From the NCBI GenBank assembly GCA_963735035.1, contig CAVTJJ010000004.1, positions 992,001-1,056,000 of the forward strand: 64,000 nucleotides of DNA, written 5' to 3'. Position numbers and translations under genes: made by a program. Positions 62,964 to 64,000 of the stretch are shown one piece after another; position 1 is the first letter of the stretch; every line of letters starts with the position of its first letter. This DNA is from an uncultured candidate division Zixibacteria bacterium (GTDB taxonomy: Bacteria > Zixibacteria > MSB-5A5 > GN15 > FEB-12). A model generated the notes under the pieces. That model worked only from the letters and a program-made list of their open reading frames with translations, did no database searches and was not told where the DNA came from.

Positions 62964-64000
62964 ATGCAAGAAACATTTGCGAGGACTACAGTTGAAGCAC
63001 TCAGGCGACTCGTTGAGTCCGGGATGACACTCATTGTCGAGGCAAATGAGCACAAGTTCCCAACCGAGATGGCAGAGCGTTTGCGTGTTGATGACCAAGG
63101 AAATCTTGGTATTGCTAAGGAAATCCGGCCGAATACGTGGGAGTGCGCAAGTACCTTGTCACATCTCTTACAGGATCATCCGGATTGTGAGATAGCCAAG
63201 CGGGCGATAGAGGCGGATCCGCTGATTGCCTCCCACCTGGGAAAAATGGTGGGCACAGAAATGGAGTGCATTCGTCTCACGTCAGAAGATGTAGTTATGA
63301 AGTTTCTTTTGGAATTCCTTGGTGATGGAAATGTTGGAGGACTGTTGGACTGCGCGGTGTGTGAGGGAACACGTCAAGATGAACTTGAAGAGGCCTCTTT
63401 CACACGAGCGCTCAGCCGCTTTCAGAATGCCTTTGCAGGCAAGTCGGTTGAGACCGAGATTTTTACAATTCTCGACAGTTTCCAGATGGAAGGCGGCCGG
63501 TTGGAATTGGAGCCGGGTCTTGTGTTAGAAGGGTTGAGCAAAGAGGCGGTGGCCCTGCTTTGGAATACGAATTCTCACGTCCGTCAGTTCTATTCACTTT
63601 GGGAGTTTCCTCGCAAGGCAATCGAGGAGGTTTCCGGCGTGCTCTGGCTACGGGTCCAGACTCCTAAGATCGTGTACGATGAGAAACTGCCGCCGCAAGA
63701 TACGAAGTACACAATCAAAGACGCCATCGACTCTCTGCTATTGGTGACGAACGCATTGCATCTAGTCAAGGCGGGGGCTGTCACGATCGGTCCGATATTC
63801 GCCGGTGCCGCGTTTCCATTCCTGCATGAATCGACCTACACGCTCCCGCGATATGGTTTCAGTGCGTTCGGAGGACAGAGATACAAGCTAGAGGCGACAG
63901 ATCATCAGTTGCTAATAGCAATCGTTGGGGCTTTGCGCAAGGCTTTACAAGGCACCCGCAATAATCTGCTGACGGGTGTGAAACGCATTGGATACGCGAG
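62964..64000 (+). CDS. Hypothetical protein, possibly ApeA-like with a HEPN domain beyond the edge (open at the window end)
   Basis: Manual translation is open for ~345 codons: MQETFARTTVEALRRLVESG...ALHLVKAGAVTIGP...NNLLTGVKRIGYA. Not in the ORF track. Confidence 0.6.
   Translation, partial: MQETFARTTVEALRRLVESGMTLIVEANEHKFPTEMAERLRVDDQGNLGIAKEIRPNTWECASTLSHLLQDHPDCEIAKRAIEADPLIASHLGKMVGTEMECIRLTSEDVVMKFLLEFLGDGNVGGLLDCAVCEGTRQDELEEASFTRALSRFQNAFAGKSVETEIFTILDSFQMEGGRLELEPGLVLEGLSKEAVALLWNTNSHVRQFYSLWEFPRKAIEEVSGVLWLRVQTPKIVYDEKLPPQDTKYTIKDAIDSLLLVTNALHLVKAGAVTIGPIFAGAAFPFLHESTYTLPRYGFSAFGGQRYKLEATDHQLLIAIVGALRKALQGTRNNLLTGVKRIGYA

Overview
A 64-kb chromosomal window from a GC-rich diderm bacterium. 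It most likely belongs to the FCB group (candidate division Zixibacteria), inferred from the Cys-bracketed dockerin-like tails, the T9SS-type C-terminal domains and the gene order. The housekeeping backbone comprises lptB, tRNA-Arg(ACG), htpX, rlmD, lpxH, purL, tilS-hpt-ftsH-folP-cdaA, lepA, lepB and hemW. Three features stand out. (1) A possible cohesin-dockerin surface assembly: six proteins end in the same Cys-bracketed dockerin-like module, and a ~1530-aa T9SS-sorted protein carries cohesin-like domains. (2) A very dense and diverse set of GTAG-, CGTC- and GTGCCC-tagged REP-like palindromes. These fill the intergenic gaps, nest inside one another, flank accessory genes and a GIY-YIG nuclease, add ~86 codons in frame to hemW, and provide the target of an IS481 element (10-bp duplication centred on a hairpin loop). 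(3) Several degenerate enzyme or transporter homologues: a tandem-HTH fused to a LeuC/aconitase-like body, a DAACS transporter with a ~350-aa disordered tail, and Hpt with an altered PRPP motif. An ORF resembling ApeA/HEPN proteins runs off the right edge. Several long genes, including ftsH, are split by single-base indels that are most likely sequencing errors. All calls were made by eye; no database searches were run.
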